A stretch of 64,000 nucleotides of DNA from Sedimentisphaerales bacterium (GTDB lineage: Bacteria; Planctomycetota; Phycisphaerae; Sedimentisphaerales; SM23-30). The DNA lies in NCBI GenBank assembly GCA_963666285.1, contig OY762711.1; one strand, written 5' to 3'. Shown piece by piece: positions 1-10,159 of the stretch. Made by a program: the position numbers and the translations under genes. Below the pieces are notes generated by a model. It worked only from the letters and a program-made list of their open reading frames with translations. It was not told the DNA's origin and searched no databases. How positions within the stretch are numbered: the stretch's first letter is position 1; the number at the start of each line of letters is the position of its first letter.

Positions 1-905
1 CGTTTTTTTACTATTTCTTCAAATAATTGAAATCCTTCTGTTTCATGATTGTCGCTATCATAAATTTGTGTCATTGGTATTATTGGTGGAGCTGTAGCAC
101 CAAAACTTGTAGCTATACTTCTTTCTGATTTTGAATATGCCAAATCTATTGGTATCGTATATAACATATGGCAGTTTAATGACCTTAATTGAGTTTCCCA
201 ATTTTCAAATAGTCTTTCGGCGCATGGCTTTTGTGTAAGATCAATGCTTGTTGTAAGTTTATCTAAGCCATCTACAATTATGACTAAGCCAGAATAGTGA
301 TAGTTTGCAACAATCTCTCGAGCTTTATCAATATATGAATTTGCAGCATCAATCCATTGATTTGCTTTAGGTGACACGCTTTTTCTAAGGTTTTTTCGCA
401 GCTCAGGATTTTTGGACAATGCTCCTGAAAGTTTGGCAAATCCTATGCTAAGATCAATTTCAGTAAAGTCTATTTCACTTACCATGATATTTTTTATATC
501 TTTAAGTAACTCTTTTAAATATGTGTCCTTGATATCATGTTTAAATGCTTTTTTGATTTCCTGCGCTAGGTGAGATATTATTGCTAGTAAAACTTCTGAA
601 AACTCTACATCTTGTGGCTCAATATTTCCTGCATCAACTATATCAAATGAGACAACAAAATATTTTTCGTCACCATTTTTAAGTTCATTCTTTAACCGTA
701 TAAGTTCTGTGCTTTTTCCACTCCCTCGATGGCCGGCAAGTAACTGATAAGTGGGCTTTTCTGAAAGGTATATTTTGTTAGCTAGGTCTTTAATGACATT
801 TTGACTTCCACGTGCCTTATCAAGAGATACATACAGATTATCTTGACATACATCTGGGTCAAAAAGCCTGTATAGTTTTTTTTGGAGCTCTTTGGTATCT
901 TTCAT
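1..905 (-). CDS. P-loop ATPase, C-terminus runs off the window
   Basis: Not in ORF track. Manual translation from ATG at 905: MKDTKELQKKLYRLFDP...LLAGHRGSGKSTEL (Walker A), later LVIIVDGLDK (Walker B-like). AT-rich. Confidence 0.8.
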   Translation of the reverse strand, partial: MKDTKELQKKLYRLFDPDVCQDNLYVSLDKARGSQNVIKDLANKIYLSEKPTYQLLAGHRGSGKSTELIRLKNELKNGDEKYFVVSFDIVDAGNIEPQDVEFSEVLLAIISHLAQEIKKAFKHDIKDTYLKELLKDIKNIMVSEIDFTEIDLSIGFAKLSGALSKNPELRKNLRKSVSPKANQWIDAANSYIDKAREIVANYHYSGLVIIVDGLDKLTTSIDLTQKPCAERLFENWETQLRSLNCHMLYTIPIDLAYSKSERSIATSFGATAPPIIPMTQIYDSDNHETEGFQLFEEIVKK

Positions 906-1082
906 TTGTGTCACCCTATAAGTTATTTATTTGGATTATAGAAGTAATTGTATTCCTATCTAATTTTAGCATTAATACTGTTTGGGGAAAAGTTCAATTT
1001 AATATGAAATGAATACATGGCATTAGAAAATGGTAATATGATTTATGTATTTATAATAGCTAAATGCAATCATGGCCTAAAC

Positions 1083-1112
1083 AAAAAAAGCCGCTTCTTT
1101 CGAAGCGGCTTT
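1083..1112. terminator. Rho-independent terminator downstream of tRNA-Glu
   Basis: AAAAAAAGCCGCTTC-TTTC-GAAGCGGCTTT hairpin, U-tract on the minus strand. Confidence 0.8.
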
Positions 1113-1116
1113 CAAG

Positions 1117-1191
1117 TACCCCCTACGGGATTCGAACCCGTGTCGCAGGCATGAAAAGCCTGTGTCCTAGGCCTGACTAGACGAAGGGGGC
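1117..1191 (-). tRNA. tRNA-Glu (TTC), CCA not encoded
   Basis: GCCCCCT acceptor stem, CAGGC-TTTTCAT-GCCTG anticodon arm, GGTTCGAATCC T-arm. Confidence 0.97.
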
Positions 1192-1211
1192 ATGTCAGGT
1201 TTGAGCCAAGT

Positions 1212-1239
1212 ATTATAGCATTCTTATGGATTATGTCAA
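1212..1239 (-). promoter_or_regulatory. sigma70-type promoter of tRNA-Glu
   Basis: TTGACA-N16-TATAAT, with TGn extension, about 20 nt upstream of the tRNA. Confidence 0.8.
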
Positions 1240-1552
1240 TATGAAATCCATCAAAATAATTAATTTTTAACTGATCTCGGAAATCACCCCAATTCAATAA
1301 TTACGCCCATACTATTAATATCGACTATCTGTCATCCCAACCTTATCTAATAATCTGACCCATCAGAAAAATAATACATCTGGTACTACCAGAGCCAATT
1401 TAGCCGAAAAATCCCAAAAATCATAGTGTTTCCTTACCCCGCCGCGCCCCGTCCGTTCGCCGCCGCTGCTCGTCGCATACCCGCCGTTGCCGTTTTCAGC
1501 TCGCCGTTTGCGTCCGCGCAAATCCGTATATAAATCCAGTATTTACAAGACT

Positions 1553-2590
1553 TTAAATTACATTTTCAAAAACACCCTCAATTTTCGCGCCGCAGCCCAT
1601 ACACGACCCGTTCAGGATATTATACTGGTCCAGCTGATAACCTTTCCGGTCAATTATCACATGCCCGCAGTCATGGCAATACGAGCTTTCCATACCCGAT
1701 CCCGGCAGATTACCGACAAAAGCATACCGCAAGCCAACATCCTTAGCTATCTGATAGGCCTTCTGCAGCGTCTCGATATCGGTCGCACCCCGGTCTGTAC
1801 ACAAATAACAAGGGCGGAACCGGCTTATATGCCAGGGCACATTAATACCCAGCTCCTTTGCTATAAACTCTGCTATTTCAGTTAGTTCTGCGCGACTGTC
1901 GTTCAACCCCGGTATCACCAGCGTCGTCACTTCCAGCCATATATGATCAGCCTGGGCAAAATATTTCAGCGTCTCCAGTACCGGCCCCAGCGTCGCCTTA
2001 CAATACGTCTTATAGAAACTGTTGGAAATGCTTTTAAGATCGATATTTGCGGCATCAAGAAAACCCGCGGCATGCTCTGCCGACTCAGCCGTCATATACC
2101 CGTTACTCACAAATATATTCTTCAATCCGTTCTCATGTGCCAGTTTTCCACAGTCTTCCGCCAGCTCCATAAATATCGTCGGCTCGGTGTAAGTATATGC
2201 TATTGCTGAACATCTGTTAGCATACGCCTGGTCGACAACCTGTTCCGGGCTCAATGTCTGACCTCTGCCGATCGGCAGTATATCCAGGTTTGGTCGGCTT
2301 ATCTGCCAGTTCTGACAGAAGTCACATTGCAAATTACAACCTGGCGTAGCGATACTCATCACCTTACTGCCCGGCAGAAAATGAAACAGCGGCTTTTTCT
2401 CCACCGGATCGACCGCAGCACTGCAAACATCGTAATAGCAAGTGCTTACAAGCTCACCATTGTCGTTGCGGCGCCCCAGGCATATACCTGTTTTGCCCGG
2501 CTTTAGCTCACAGCCGTGCGGGCAAAGCCTGCATCTTACCTTGCCATCTTCTAATTTATCCCACAATATCGCACTATGAGTCTTAGCCAT
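1553..2590 (-). CDS. amrS: AmmeMemoRadiSam system radical SAM enzyme
   Basis: N-terminal CxxCPxxC, DPVEKKPLFHFLPG, radical SAM motif GCNLQCDFCQNW, YTYTEP. Confidence 0.9.
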   Translation of the reverse strand: MAKTHSAILWDKLEDGKVRCRLCPHGCELKPGKTGICLGRRNDNGELVSTCYYDVCSAAVDPVEKKPLFHFLPGSKVMSIATPGCNLQCDFCQNWQISRPNLDILPIGRGQTLSPEQVVDQAYANRCSAIAYTYTEPTIFMELAEDCGKLAHENGLKNIFVSNGYMTAESAEHAAGFLDAANIDLKSISNSFYKTYCKATLGPVLETLKYFAQADHIWLEVTTLVIPGLNDSRAELTEIAEFIAKELGINVPWHISRFRPCYLCTDRGATDIETLQKAYQIAKDVGLRYAFVGNLPGSGMESSYCHDCGHVIIDRKGYQLDQYNILNGSCMGCGAKIEGVFENVI

Positions 2591-2949
2591 TTCGGCTCCT
2601 TCATTAGCTATTATTATATATTCGTTTCTTATGCTATATTTATAAGTTTATAAATTGTAGATGTTTATAGTAAAACTGACTTTCGCGTCAGCTTTAAAAC
2701 AAGGTCACGATGTACATCGGGACACCTTAATTCTTCACTCTTAGTTCTTACTTCTTAACTTGTTATGTAATTATATCTCCAATATTAACACCTTGCAATA
2801 GGCACTCAAAAAGTCCTTGTGAGCTTTCCGGGCAGGTTGTATAATGTTTATTTCAACTTATATACAGTTATTGAATATATCTGTTGTATTGTTCTAAGCC
2901 TAATAAATTTAATATGTTATATTTTTTTGATTGAGAGGATTTTTATCTC

Positions 2950-4257
2950 ATGGGTCAGTTTCAACCAGTTAGTGCGATGGATTATTTACCGGTCGATCAA
3001 TTACGTGAAATTCAATTCGAGCGACTCAAAGCGATGGTCCAGCGGGCATACCATAACGTGAAATTGTTTAGCGAACGCATGGAAGATATCAATATGACAC
3101 CGGCAGACCTCAAATCGCTGGAAGATATCGCTAAACTGCCGTTTACCGTAAAGAATGATCTGAGAGATACTTACCCGTACGGCCTGTTCGCCAGCCCGCT
3201 AAACGAGGTCGTTCGCCTGCACGCTTCGTCAGGCACAACCGGCAAACCGATCGTCGTTGGCTATACCCAGTCCGATGTCGATGTCTGGGCTAGCGTTATG
3301 CACCGAACCTTTGCTTGCTGCGAACTCAACAGCAGCGATATCGTCCAGAACTCCTACGGCTACGGACTATTCACCGGCGGACTCGGTGCCCACTATGGTG
3401 CTGAAACAATGGGTGCAACTGTTATACCAACCTCTGGCGGCAATACCGAACGGCAAATCATGGTATTAAAAGACTTTGGCGTCACCGCTATCTGCAGTAC
3501 CCCTAGCTATTTCCTTCATATCCTCGATAAGGCTTCCAGTATGGGCATCGAGCTCAGCGAACTGCCGCTGCGTGCCGGTATCTTCGGTGCCGAGCCGTGG
3601 ACTGACCAGATGCGTGTCAGAATTGAAGAAGCTGCCAATATCAAAGCCTATGATATATATGGACTTAGCGAAATAATCGGACCCGGCGTTGCCAGTGCCT
3701 GTTCTGAACGCGACGGACTCCACATCTTCGAAGACCATTTCTATCCGGAGATCATCGATCCTCAAACCGGCGAAGTGCTGCCCGACGGCACAGAAGGCGA
3801 GCTAGTACTCACAACATTGAGCAAACAGGCAATGCCTATGATCAGGTACCGTACCCGCGATATTACCATGCTGAAGACAGAAAAATGTGCGTGCGGGCGT
3901 ACCATCCGTCGTATCCGCCGTATCGGCAGACGCAGCGACGACATGTTCATTATCCGCGGCGTTAACGTATTCCCATCACAGATCGAAGAAGCTTTGCTTC
4001 GCGTCGAAGGCACCGCGCCGCACTATCAAATCGTTCTTACCCGTGAAAAAGATCTCGACAAGATGGAAGTTCAGGTCGAGATTACTCCGGAAATGTTCAG
4101 CGATAACTATAGTGAAATGGAAGGGTTAAAGAAAAAAATCGCTCACGAAATTCATAATATTGTCAACATCAACGCCAATGTCAACCTGGTATCGCCAAAT
4201 ACTATCGCTCGCAGCGAAGGTAAGGCCAAACGCCTGATCGACAACCGCGAAATGTAA
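2950..4257 (+). CDS. paaK: Phenylacetate-CoA ligase family protein
   Basis: HASSGTTGKP, YGLFTGGLG, GAEPW, YGLSE, RYRTRD, GRRSDDMFIIRGVNVFPSQIE. Confidence 0.92.
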   Translation: MGQFQPVSAMDYLPVDQLREIQFERLKAMVQRAYHNVKLFSERMEDINMTPADLKSLEDIAKLPFTVKNDLRDTYPYGLFASPLNEVVRLHASSGTTGKPIVVGYTQSDVDVWASVMHRTFACCELNSSDIVQNSYGYGLFTGGLGAHYGAETMGATVIPTSGGNTERQIMVLKDFGVTAICSTPSYFLHILDKASSMGIELSELPLRAGIFGAEPWTDQMRVRIEEAANIKAYDIYGLSEIIGPGVASACSERDGLHIFEDHFYPEIIDPQTGEVLPDGTEGELVLTTLSKQAMPMIRYRTRDITMLKTEKCACGRTIRRIRRIGRRSDDMFIIRGVNVFPSQIEEALLRVEGTAPHYQIVLTREKDLDKMEVQVEITPEMFSDNYSEMEGLKKKIAHEIHNIVNINANVNLVSPNTIARSEGKAKRLIDNREM

Positions 4258-4273
4258 TTATACCCGGCATAAC

Positions 4274-4321
4274 CGAAGCGAATTCCTTCACTTATGCCTT
4301 ATCCCGTATCCCTTATGCCTT
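4274..4321. repeat. 48-bp direct repeat, copy 1 (heptamer-based)
   Basis: CGAAGCGAATTCCTTCACTTATGCCTTATCCCGTATCCCTTATGCCTT, identical to 4839-4886. Confidence 0.95.
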
Positions 4322-4384
4322 GAGTATGATGTCGCTGACTTATTATTTATTGGTGTTTAAAAAATCATAAGAAAGAACAAAAAA

Positions 4385-4765
4385 ATGAGTGAATATAAGA
4401 TTAAGTCATTTAGAGACTTACATGTGTGGCAAAAATCGAAGGTATTAGTTAAAACAATTTATACTATTAGCAATAGTTTTCCGAAAGATGAAATATACGG
4501 TTTAACTAACCAGTTAAGAAGAAGTGCTGTATCTGTACCAAGCAATATTGCTGAGGGCTATGGTAGAGGCTCTCGAACAGATTATCTTAGATTTCTGAAA
4601 ATAGCAAGCGGTTCGTTATTTGAGTTAGAAACTCAAATCGAGATTGCATGTGATCTTGAGTTTATCGATCAGTTAACGCGTCAGCGTGTTATTTCAGATT
4701 CAAATGAGATTGAAAGAATGTTAGCAAGTTTAATAAAAAAATTAACAGATAAATATGATGCATAA
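4385..4765 (+). CDS. Four-helix bundle protein (23S rRNA IVP / S23-like family)
   Basis: SFRDLHVWQKS, FPKDEIYGLTNQLRRSAVSVPSNIAEGYGR, GSLFELETQ. Confidence 0.93.
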   Translation: MSEYKIKSFRDLHVWQKSKVLVKTIYTISNSFPKDEIYGLTNQLRRSAVSVPSNIAEGYGRGSRTDYLRFLKIASGSLFELETQIEIACDLEFIDQLTRQRVISDSNEIERMLASLIKKLTDKYDA

Positions 4766-4838
4766 AATTGAAATATATCTCAAGATTTAGTAGAAGCTTA
4801 CGGTTTGCGAAGCTTTAAATATAATTAATTTGCATGAG

Positions 4839-4886
4839 CGAAGCGAATTCCTTCACTTATGCCTTATCCCGTATCCCTTATGCCTT
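4839..4886. repeat. 48-bp direct repeat, copy 2
   Basis: Identical to 4274-4321. Confidence 0.95.
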
Positions 4887-4905
4887 TATTATTAAGGAGT
4901 TAAAT

Positions 4906-5343
4906 ATGAAATTGAACCAATTATCTGTATTCCTCGAAAACCAGCCGGGCAGACTTAGCGAGCCTTGCGGCATATTAGCAGAAGCCGGCATAAATATCCT
5001 GACTCTGTCTCTGGCAGACACTCAACAGTTTGGCATACTTAGACTTATCGTTCGTGATTGGGAAGGTGCCAAAAAGGCGCTGACCGGTGCCGGATGCCTG
5101 GTCAAGCAGACAGAAGTGGTTGCCGTGGAAGTGCCTGATAGTCCCGGCGGGCTCGAAGAGCTGTTAAAAGTACTGGAAGAAGGAAAGGTTAACGTTGAAT
5201 ATATGTACGCATTTAGCTATCGCAGCGGCAACAAAGCCATTATGGTTTTCTGTTTCGGGAACCCTGACAAAGCGATAGAAGTCCTTCAGGCAAAAGGGAT
5301 TAACATAATGAGCAGTGTAGAACTATTCGACAAGGTCGAATAA
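4906..5343 (+). CDS. Tandem ACT-domain protein (paaK-associated)
   Basis: MKLNQLSVFLENQPGRL, GILRLIV, VPDSPGGL; AAGGAG RBS supports ATG 4906 rather than 4834. Confidence 0.9.
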   Translation: MKLNQLSVFLENQPGRLSEPCGILAEAGINILTLSLADTQQFGILRLIVRDWEGAKKALTGAGCLVKQTEVVAVEVPDSPGGLEELLKVLEEGKVNVEYMYAFSYRSGNKAIMVFCFGNPDKAIEVLQAKGINIMSSVELFDKVE

Positions 5344-5385
5344 TTTTATTTCCTTAAACGATTTCATTGTTGCTGATTAATCTTT

Positions 5386-5853
5386 ATGGTAAATAAAGTT
5401 ATAATTAGAACTTTCACTATTGATGACTTACAGCCTGTTGTCAGTCTGCTGCATAGAACTATTGATACTTGCTACAAACAGGTATATTCTCAGGAATGTA
5501 TTGACCGATACAAGGAATATCATTGCGTTGATAATATTATCAAAGACAGCCTCGAAGGATATACGATAGTTCTGGTAAATAATAATGTTATCGTTGGTGT
5601 TGGCGCTTCAGTAGATAACGATATAAGAAGAGTTTATGTTGATCCGAATTGCCAGAGGTCAGGTTTTGGATGCCTGATTATGGAGAATCTGGAAAACAAC
5701 ATTAAGCAGTCTGGCTTCAATGAAGCAGATTTGGCTTCATCTACTCCTTCGATAGATTTCTATCTTAGGCTGGGCTATGAAGTTCTGGAAGAGACCTATA
5801 TTGAATTGGAAAATGACAGGCTGCATTATTATAAAATGAGAAAACAATTATAA
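5386..5853 (+). CDS. GNAT family N-acetyltransferase
   Basis: VYVDPNCQRSGFG motif A, FYLRLGY. Confidence 0.85.
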   Translation: MVNKVIIRTFTIDDLQPVVSLLHRTIDTCYKQVYSQECIDRYKEYHCVDNIIKDSLEGYTIVLVNNNVIVGVGASVDNDIRRVYVDPNCQRSGFGCLIMENLENNIKQSGFNEADLASSTPSIDFYLRLGYEVLEETYIELENDRLHYYKMRKQL

Positions 5854-5910
5854 GTCAGGTATTTAGCTATATTTATACCTGGTGCAAAGATTTGAAGGCG
5901 GTATTTTGAA

Positions 5911-7239
5911 TTGGATATTAGTAAGATAGAGAATAAGATCTGGGATGATGCCGAGTGTATGAGTCGGGATGAGTTGGAAGCTCTTCAGCTTCAAAGACTT
6001 AAAGATACTATCAGAAGGGCCGGCACTGTTCCTTTCTATAAAAAAGTGTTCGAAGATAACAGGATCAATGCCGATGAGATTAACTCTTTATCTGATCTGG
6101 CTAAAATTCCGTTTACCAATAAAGCTGACCTGCGCGAGCATTATCCGCTTGGGTTCCTGGCCGTAGAAAAAAAAGATATTGCCAGGGTTCACGGCTCCTC
6201 CGGCACAACCGGTAAGCCGACTTTCGTCGCATATACCGAGCAGGATCGAGCTCTTTGGGCCAATCTGTGTGCCCGGTTCCTCACCGCCGGCGGGCTTCGC
6301 CCGGAACATTTGGTGCAGGTATCCTTTGGCTACGGCTTGTTTACTGGCGGGTTCGGGCTTCATTATGGTATCGAACGGGTAGGGGCCTCGGTTGTACCGG
6401 TTTCCGCCGGCAATACCCCTCGACAAGTCATGATACTCAAAGACCTTGGTGCTGATGCACTTATATGCACGCCGAGCTATGCCCTTCAGATTGCTGAAGC
6501 TGCCACCGAGCAGGGTATCGATGTTACTTCGCTCCGACTTAAGATCGGTCACTTTGGGGGCGAGCCTTGGACCGAAGATATGAGAATTCGTATCGAGAAG
6601 GAGCTGGATATAGCCGCTTTCAATAACTATGGTCTCAGCGAGATCATCGGCCCCGGTGTGAGTGGTGAATGTATCTATCGTAAAGGCATGCACATACAGG
6701 AAGATCACTTTATTGTCGAATGTATCGATCCGAGAACCGGCGAGCTGGTGGCCCCCGGCAATCACGGTGAGCTGGTATTTACTTCGCTTACCAAACAGGC
6801 AATGCCGATCATCCGATATCGTACCCGTGATATATCTTTCCTGGACTACGACAAGTGCGATTGCGGACGGACTACCTGCCGTATGGGACGAGTAGTTGGC
6901 CGTAGCGACGATATGCTTATTATACGCGGCGTTAACGTATTTCCGTCACAGATCGAAGAGGCTCTTTTGCAGGTTGAAGGAACCGCACCGCATTATTTAA
7001 TTGAAGTGGATAGGCCAAACAATCTCGATGAAGTTATCGTACATGTAGAGATGCTCGAAGAATATTTTTCTGATAAGATGAGCGATATGCAGGTGTTACG
7101 TGATCGAATATTGCATGAAATTCGTGTTGTTGCTAATATTAGTGTCAAGATCAACCTCGTCGCACCAAAATCTATTGAACGTGGGTTTGGTAAGGCCAAA
7201 CGTGTTATAGATCGTCGTAAAGAAAAAGGGATGATTTAA
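5911..7239 (+). CDS. paaK: Phenylacetate-CoA ligase family protein, second paralog
   Basis: HGSSGTTGKP, YGLFTGGFG, GGEPW, YGLSE, GRSDDMLIIRGVNVFPSQIE; TTG start. Confidence 0.9.
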   Translation: MDISKIENKIWDDAECMSRDELEALQLQRLKDTIRRAGTVPFYKKVFEDNRINADEINSLSDLAKIPFTNKADLREHYPLGFLAVEKKDIARVHGSSGTTGKPTFVAYTEQDRALWANLCARFLTAGGLRPEHLVQVSFGYGLFTGGFGLHYGIERVGASVVPVSAGNTPRQVMILKDLGADALICTPSYALQIAEAATEQGIDVTSLRLKIGHFGGEPWTEDMRIRIEKELDIAAFNNYGLSEIIGPGVSGECIYRKGMHIQEDHFIVECIDPRTGELVAPGNHGELVFTSLTKQAMPIIRYRTRDISFLDYDKCDCGRTTCRMGRVVGRSDDMLIIRGVNVFPSQIEEALLQVEGTAPHYLIEVDRPNNLDEVIVHVEMLEEYFSDKMSDMQVLRDRILHEIRVVANISVKINLVAPKSIERGFGKAKRVIDRRKEKGMI

Positions 7240-7286
7240 TAAGTCCTTTATAATAACGTAGATATGTTGAGAGAGAGTAGATATTT

Positions 7287-8123
7287 GTGACTGAAGATTT
7301 AGGATTGTTTCAATTAACCTGGCTGTTCTTCACATTAATTGTGATGGGCAAATGGCTATTGCGTAATAATTGGGGTAAAACCGCTCTCGATGGTTGTGAG
7401 TTGCCGGAGAATGAGTTCAATCCGGCTGATGCAGCTATTGCTTTTGCTATGTTTTTTGGTTTTTTACTGTTTTCAAATTTGTTAATAAGTGAAGACAGTG
7501 CATTTGAAAATAAAATGATCGTTACTTCATCTATCAGTTTTGCTGCGTCATTAGTGATGTTAGCTTTTCTGAACAAACGACTTAAAGATGGAGTGGGGCC
7601 GCTGTTCAAAAAAAATCCGGTTATGGTTATTGGCCAGGCAATTATATATAGTATTCCCGCTATTTGTTTGTCTGCGATTGTATTTTTTATAACGATATTG
7701 ATTTGCAGGGTATTTGGTTACGATCAGGTAGAGAAGCATCAATATCTCGAAGAAGTTTTTGGTGCCGGCAATCCTGAAACAAACAAGGTTATTCTTCTTT
7801 ATGTCTCGGCTGGAATTGTAACTCCTTTAATAGAAGAGACTTTGTTTCGAGGACTTCTACAGAATATTCTTTCTAAAGCTATCGGCATGAAATGGCCGGC
7901 TATTTTTATTGCCGCTTCCTTTTTTGCTCTTATGCATGGAAATGTTCAACACTGGCCGGCACTGTTTGTTCTGGGGTCATTTTTCGGATACACTATGATA
8001 AAGACCAGGTCGCTGGCTGTACCAATGGTTATGCATGCGATTTTTAACTGCTATTCAATTACTAATTCACTTTTATCCGAGATGTCAAAGCAAACCGAGA
8101 CTATTCAGGCACTTATCAAATAA
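7287..8123 (+). CDS. CPBP (Abi/CAAX) intramembrane metalloprotease
   Basis: Multiple TM segments, EETLFRG, FALMH, HAIFN. Confidence 0.88.
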   Translation: MTEDLGLFQLTWLFFTLIVMGKWLLRNNWGKTALDGCELPENEFNPADAAIAFAMFFGFLLFSNLLISEDSAFENKMIVTSSISFAASLVMLAFLNKRLKDGVGPLFKKNPVMVIGQAIIYSIPAICLSAIVFFITILICRVFGYDQVEKHQYLEEVFGAGNPETNKVILLYVSAGIVTPLIEETLFRGLLQNILSKAIGMKWPAIFIAASFFALMHGNVQHWPALFVLGSFFGYTMIKTRSLAVPMVMHAIFNCYSITNSLLSEMSKQTETIQALIK

Positions 8124-8862
8124 CTTTACTTTGCTTGACCTTACCGTCTACTGATATGATGTCCTCGGTTACCGGCAATCCGCTGCCGCTGTTGTCTCGT
8201 GCCTGACTTACCATTGCGGTCAGTCCGGAGCAGCATGGCACTTCCATTCGTAAAATCGTTACACTGTTTGGTTTACTTTCTGCAAAGATACGAGTTAGTT
8301 TTTCGAGGTAACCATCCTGAACATCTAATTTGGGACATGCTATAACCAGTCCGCGACCGGCTAGATAGTCCTGGTGAAAGCTGCCGAATGAGAATGCGCT
8401 GCATGAAGCGGCTATAAGGATATCTGCTCCCTGGAATTGCGGTGCTTCAGGGCGTACCAGGTGAAGCTGAATAGGCCAGGCTGTAAGTTCTGATTCTACC
8501 TTTGCTTCTGGATGCATAGTACATGTGGAGCCGCCCCTGTCAAAGCTCTTATTCTGTGTCGAAGGACAGCCGCCGACAGGCTGACGGTTAAGCTGGACAT
8601 TCTGAGCTGATGGACAACCACTGCTGTATTGGTGACTGTGAACCGGCTGAGGAACAGAATCGTTCGTTTCGATTTCTATAAATTCAATTGCATCAACCGG
8701 GCATTTGCCGATGCATTTGCCGATACCGTCGCACATATTCTCTCGTACCATTTTGGCCTTGCCGTCAACCATTTCCAGGGCACCGCCTGGGCATGCGTTA
8801 ACACATTTGCCGCAACCGACGCATTTTTCATCATCAATTTTAATTATAGTTCTTTTTGCCAT
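8116..8862 (-). CDS. 4Fe-4S ferredoxin-domain protein
   Basis: CVGCGKCVNACP and CDGIGKCIGKCP; C-terminal WPIQL..ACPKLD..MEVPCC domain. Confidence 0.88.
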   Translation of the reverse strand: MAKRTIIKIDDEKCVGCGKCVNACPGGALEMVDGKAKMVRENMCDGIGKCIGKCPVDAIEFIEIETNDSVPQPVHSHQYSSGCPSAQNVQLNRQPVGGCPSTQNKSFDRGGSTCTMHPEAKVESELTAWPIQLHLVRPEAPQFQGADILIAASCSAFSFGSFHQDYLAGRGLVIACPKLDVQDGYLEKLTRIFAESKPNSVTILRMEVPCCSGLTAMVSQARDNSGSGLPVTEDIISVDGKVKQSKVI

Positions 8863-9088
8863 GTCTTATCCTCACTGCTGGTTATTTTGTGAGTAATTAT
8901 AGCGATGTAAATTCTCATAAGGCAAGGAGTTCCAAAAAACTATATGGGTATTTTCCGACCTATTTGGCTCGAAAGGTCTTATGCCGGCATAAATCGTTTA
9001 ATGGTCAATATTTGAAAATAAATAACCGTAAAACACATTTTTTGAGTAGGTCTCCCAAGCGTAATAAACCAGTTCACATTAACAAATA

Positions 9089-9117
9089 AAAAAGGGCGGA
9101 TATTACTCCGCCCTGTT
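9089..9117. terminator. Terminator hairpin after the 9149-10159 gene
   Basis: AAAAAGGGCGGA-TATTAC-TCCGCCCT. Confidence 0.65.
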
Positions 9118-9148
9118 AATATTGTGGATAAGTTGTGCAAAACCTGTT

Positions 9149-10159
9149 TTATGCGTGTGCCATACCGCCTTTTTTATGTTCGGCCAATTCGCATAATGTT
9201 TTCATCTTTTCACGTACTTCCTCAGCCATTCTGCTGTTTGGATATTCCTTAACTATTGCCTGGCCAAGCTTTAATGCTTTTGCCCATTCTTTGCTGGTCA
9301 CAGCAATTGAGAACTGGACACCCATATTATGCAGCCTGGTTTTTAGGACATCCCGGGCGGTTTCCTGCAGGGCGGCAGCTTCTGTTGGTGTCAGGTGGTT
9401 ATCAAGCATCTTAAGTATCTCAACACTGCGATCGTGATCATTTTTCTTGGAGGCATCGTCGAGTTTCTGTAGAAGTTCCTGCTTGTGTTCGAGGCGTTTC
9501 TTTTCGGTCTGCCCATGCAGCTTCTTTACACTATCCTGATCTGGGTATTTATTGATCAAAGCAGCTTCTTCAGCCTGGGCAACTTTATAATCATGGATCA
9601 TCCAGAGCGATTCCAGATGCTTAATATGTTCTAAAGCCTGTTCTTCCACAGACATCTGCATCGTACGAGTCATTTCGTTTTTTAGTTTTTCTGCCAGCTC
9701 TTCCGCACCAAGTTTGGTTCGAATTTGCTCGATCAGCCATTCGGCGGTTTCGTTATCTCCTTTTCTTATACTCTGCATAGCAGTATCTTCGATTGTTTTG
9801 AGATCTTTATCTCTAAAAGCGATAGATTTTAAGGTATCACTGAGCAATACATTTTCACTCAGACTGTTAAGAATCGCCTCTTCATGGGTTTGGCTGGTAC
9901 GCATCCTTCGCAAATCATCTACCATGCTTTCAAGGTTTTCATTTACTCTTTGCAAGTAGCTGAGAGCTGAGAGGAAAAATATGAATGTGCCGGCAGAGAA
10001 CAATACCCAGAACATACCACGCGTGATAGACTGAAATTTTGTTGAATCCTGGGTGATTGGATTGCCTGGACTGCTAACAATTAGTGAGAAAAAGGCCGCT
10101 ATGAAAATAATCAGAAGCAGGAAGAATATTCCGGTATTATTGTTATCGTGCTTAATCAT
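9149..10159 (-). CDS. Hypothetical membrane-anchored helical protein
   Basis: 336-aa ORF, two N-terminal TM helices, coiled/TPR-like C-terminus, GGAGG RBS. Confidence 0.75.
   Translation of the reverse strand: MIKHDNNNTGIFFLLLIIFIAAFFSLIVSSPGNPITQDSTKFQSITRGMFWVLFSAGTFIFFLSALSYLQRVNENLESMVDDLRRMRTSQTHEEAILNSLSENVLLSDTLKSIAFRDKDLKTIEDTAMQSIRKGDNETAEWLIEQIRTKLGAEELAEKLKNEMTRTMQMSVEEQALEHIKHLESLWMIHDYKVAQAEEAALINKYPDQDSVKKLHGQTEKKRLEHKQELLQKLDDASKKNDHDRSVEILKMLDNHLTPTEAAALQETARDVLKTRLHNMGVQFSIAVTSKEWAKALKLGQAIVKEYPNSRMAEEVREKMKTLCELAEHKKGGMAHA

Noticed and set aside
1112..1297. 61-aa ORF
   Set aside because: Overlaps tRNA-Glu
1437..1520. GC-rich CGCCG-laden stretch after amrS
   Set aside because: No consistent repeat unit or stem found; no function can be supported
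4385..4765. Diversity-generating retroelement (Avd-like protein plus repeats)
   Set aside because: No reverse transcriptase in the window, and the repeats are identical with no adenine-specific differences
4834..4905. N-terminal extension of the ACT protein
   Set aside because: It is the translated 48-bp repeat; the RBS supports ATG 4906
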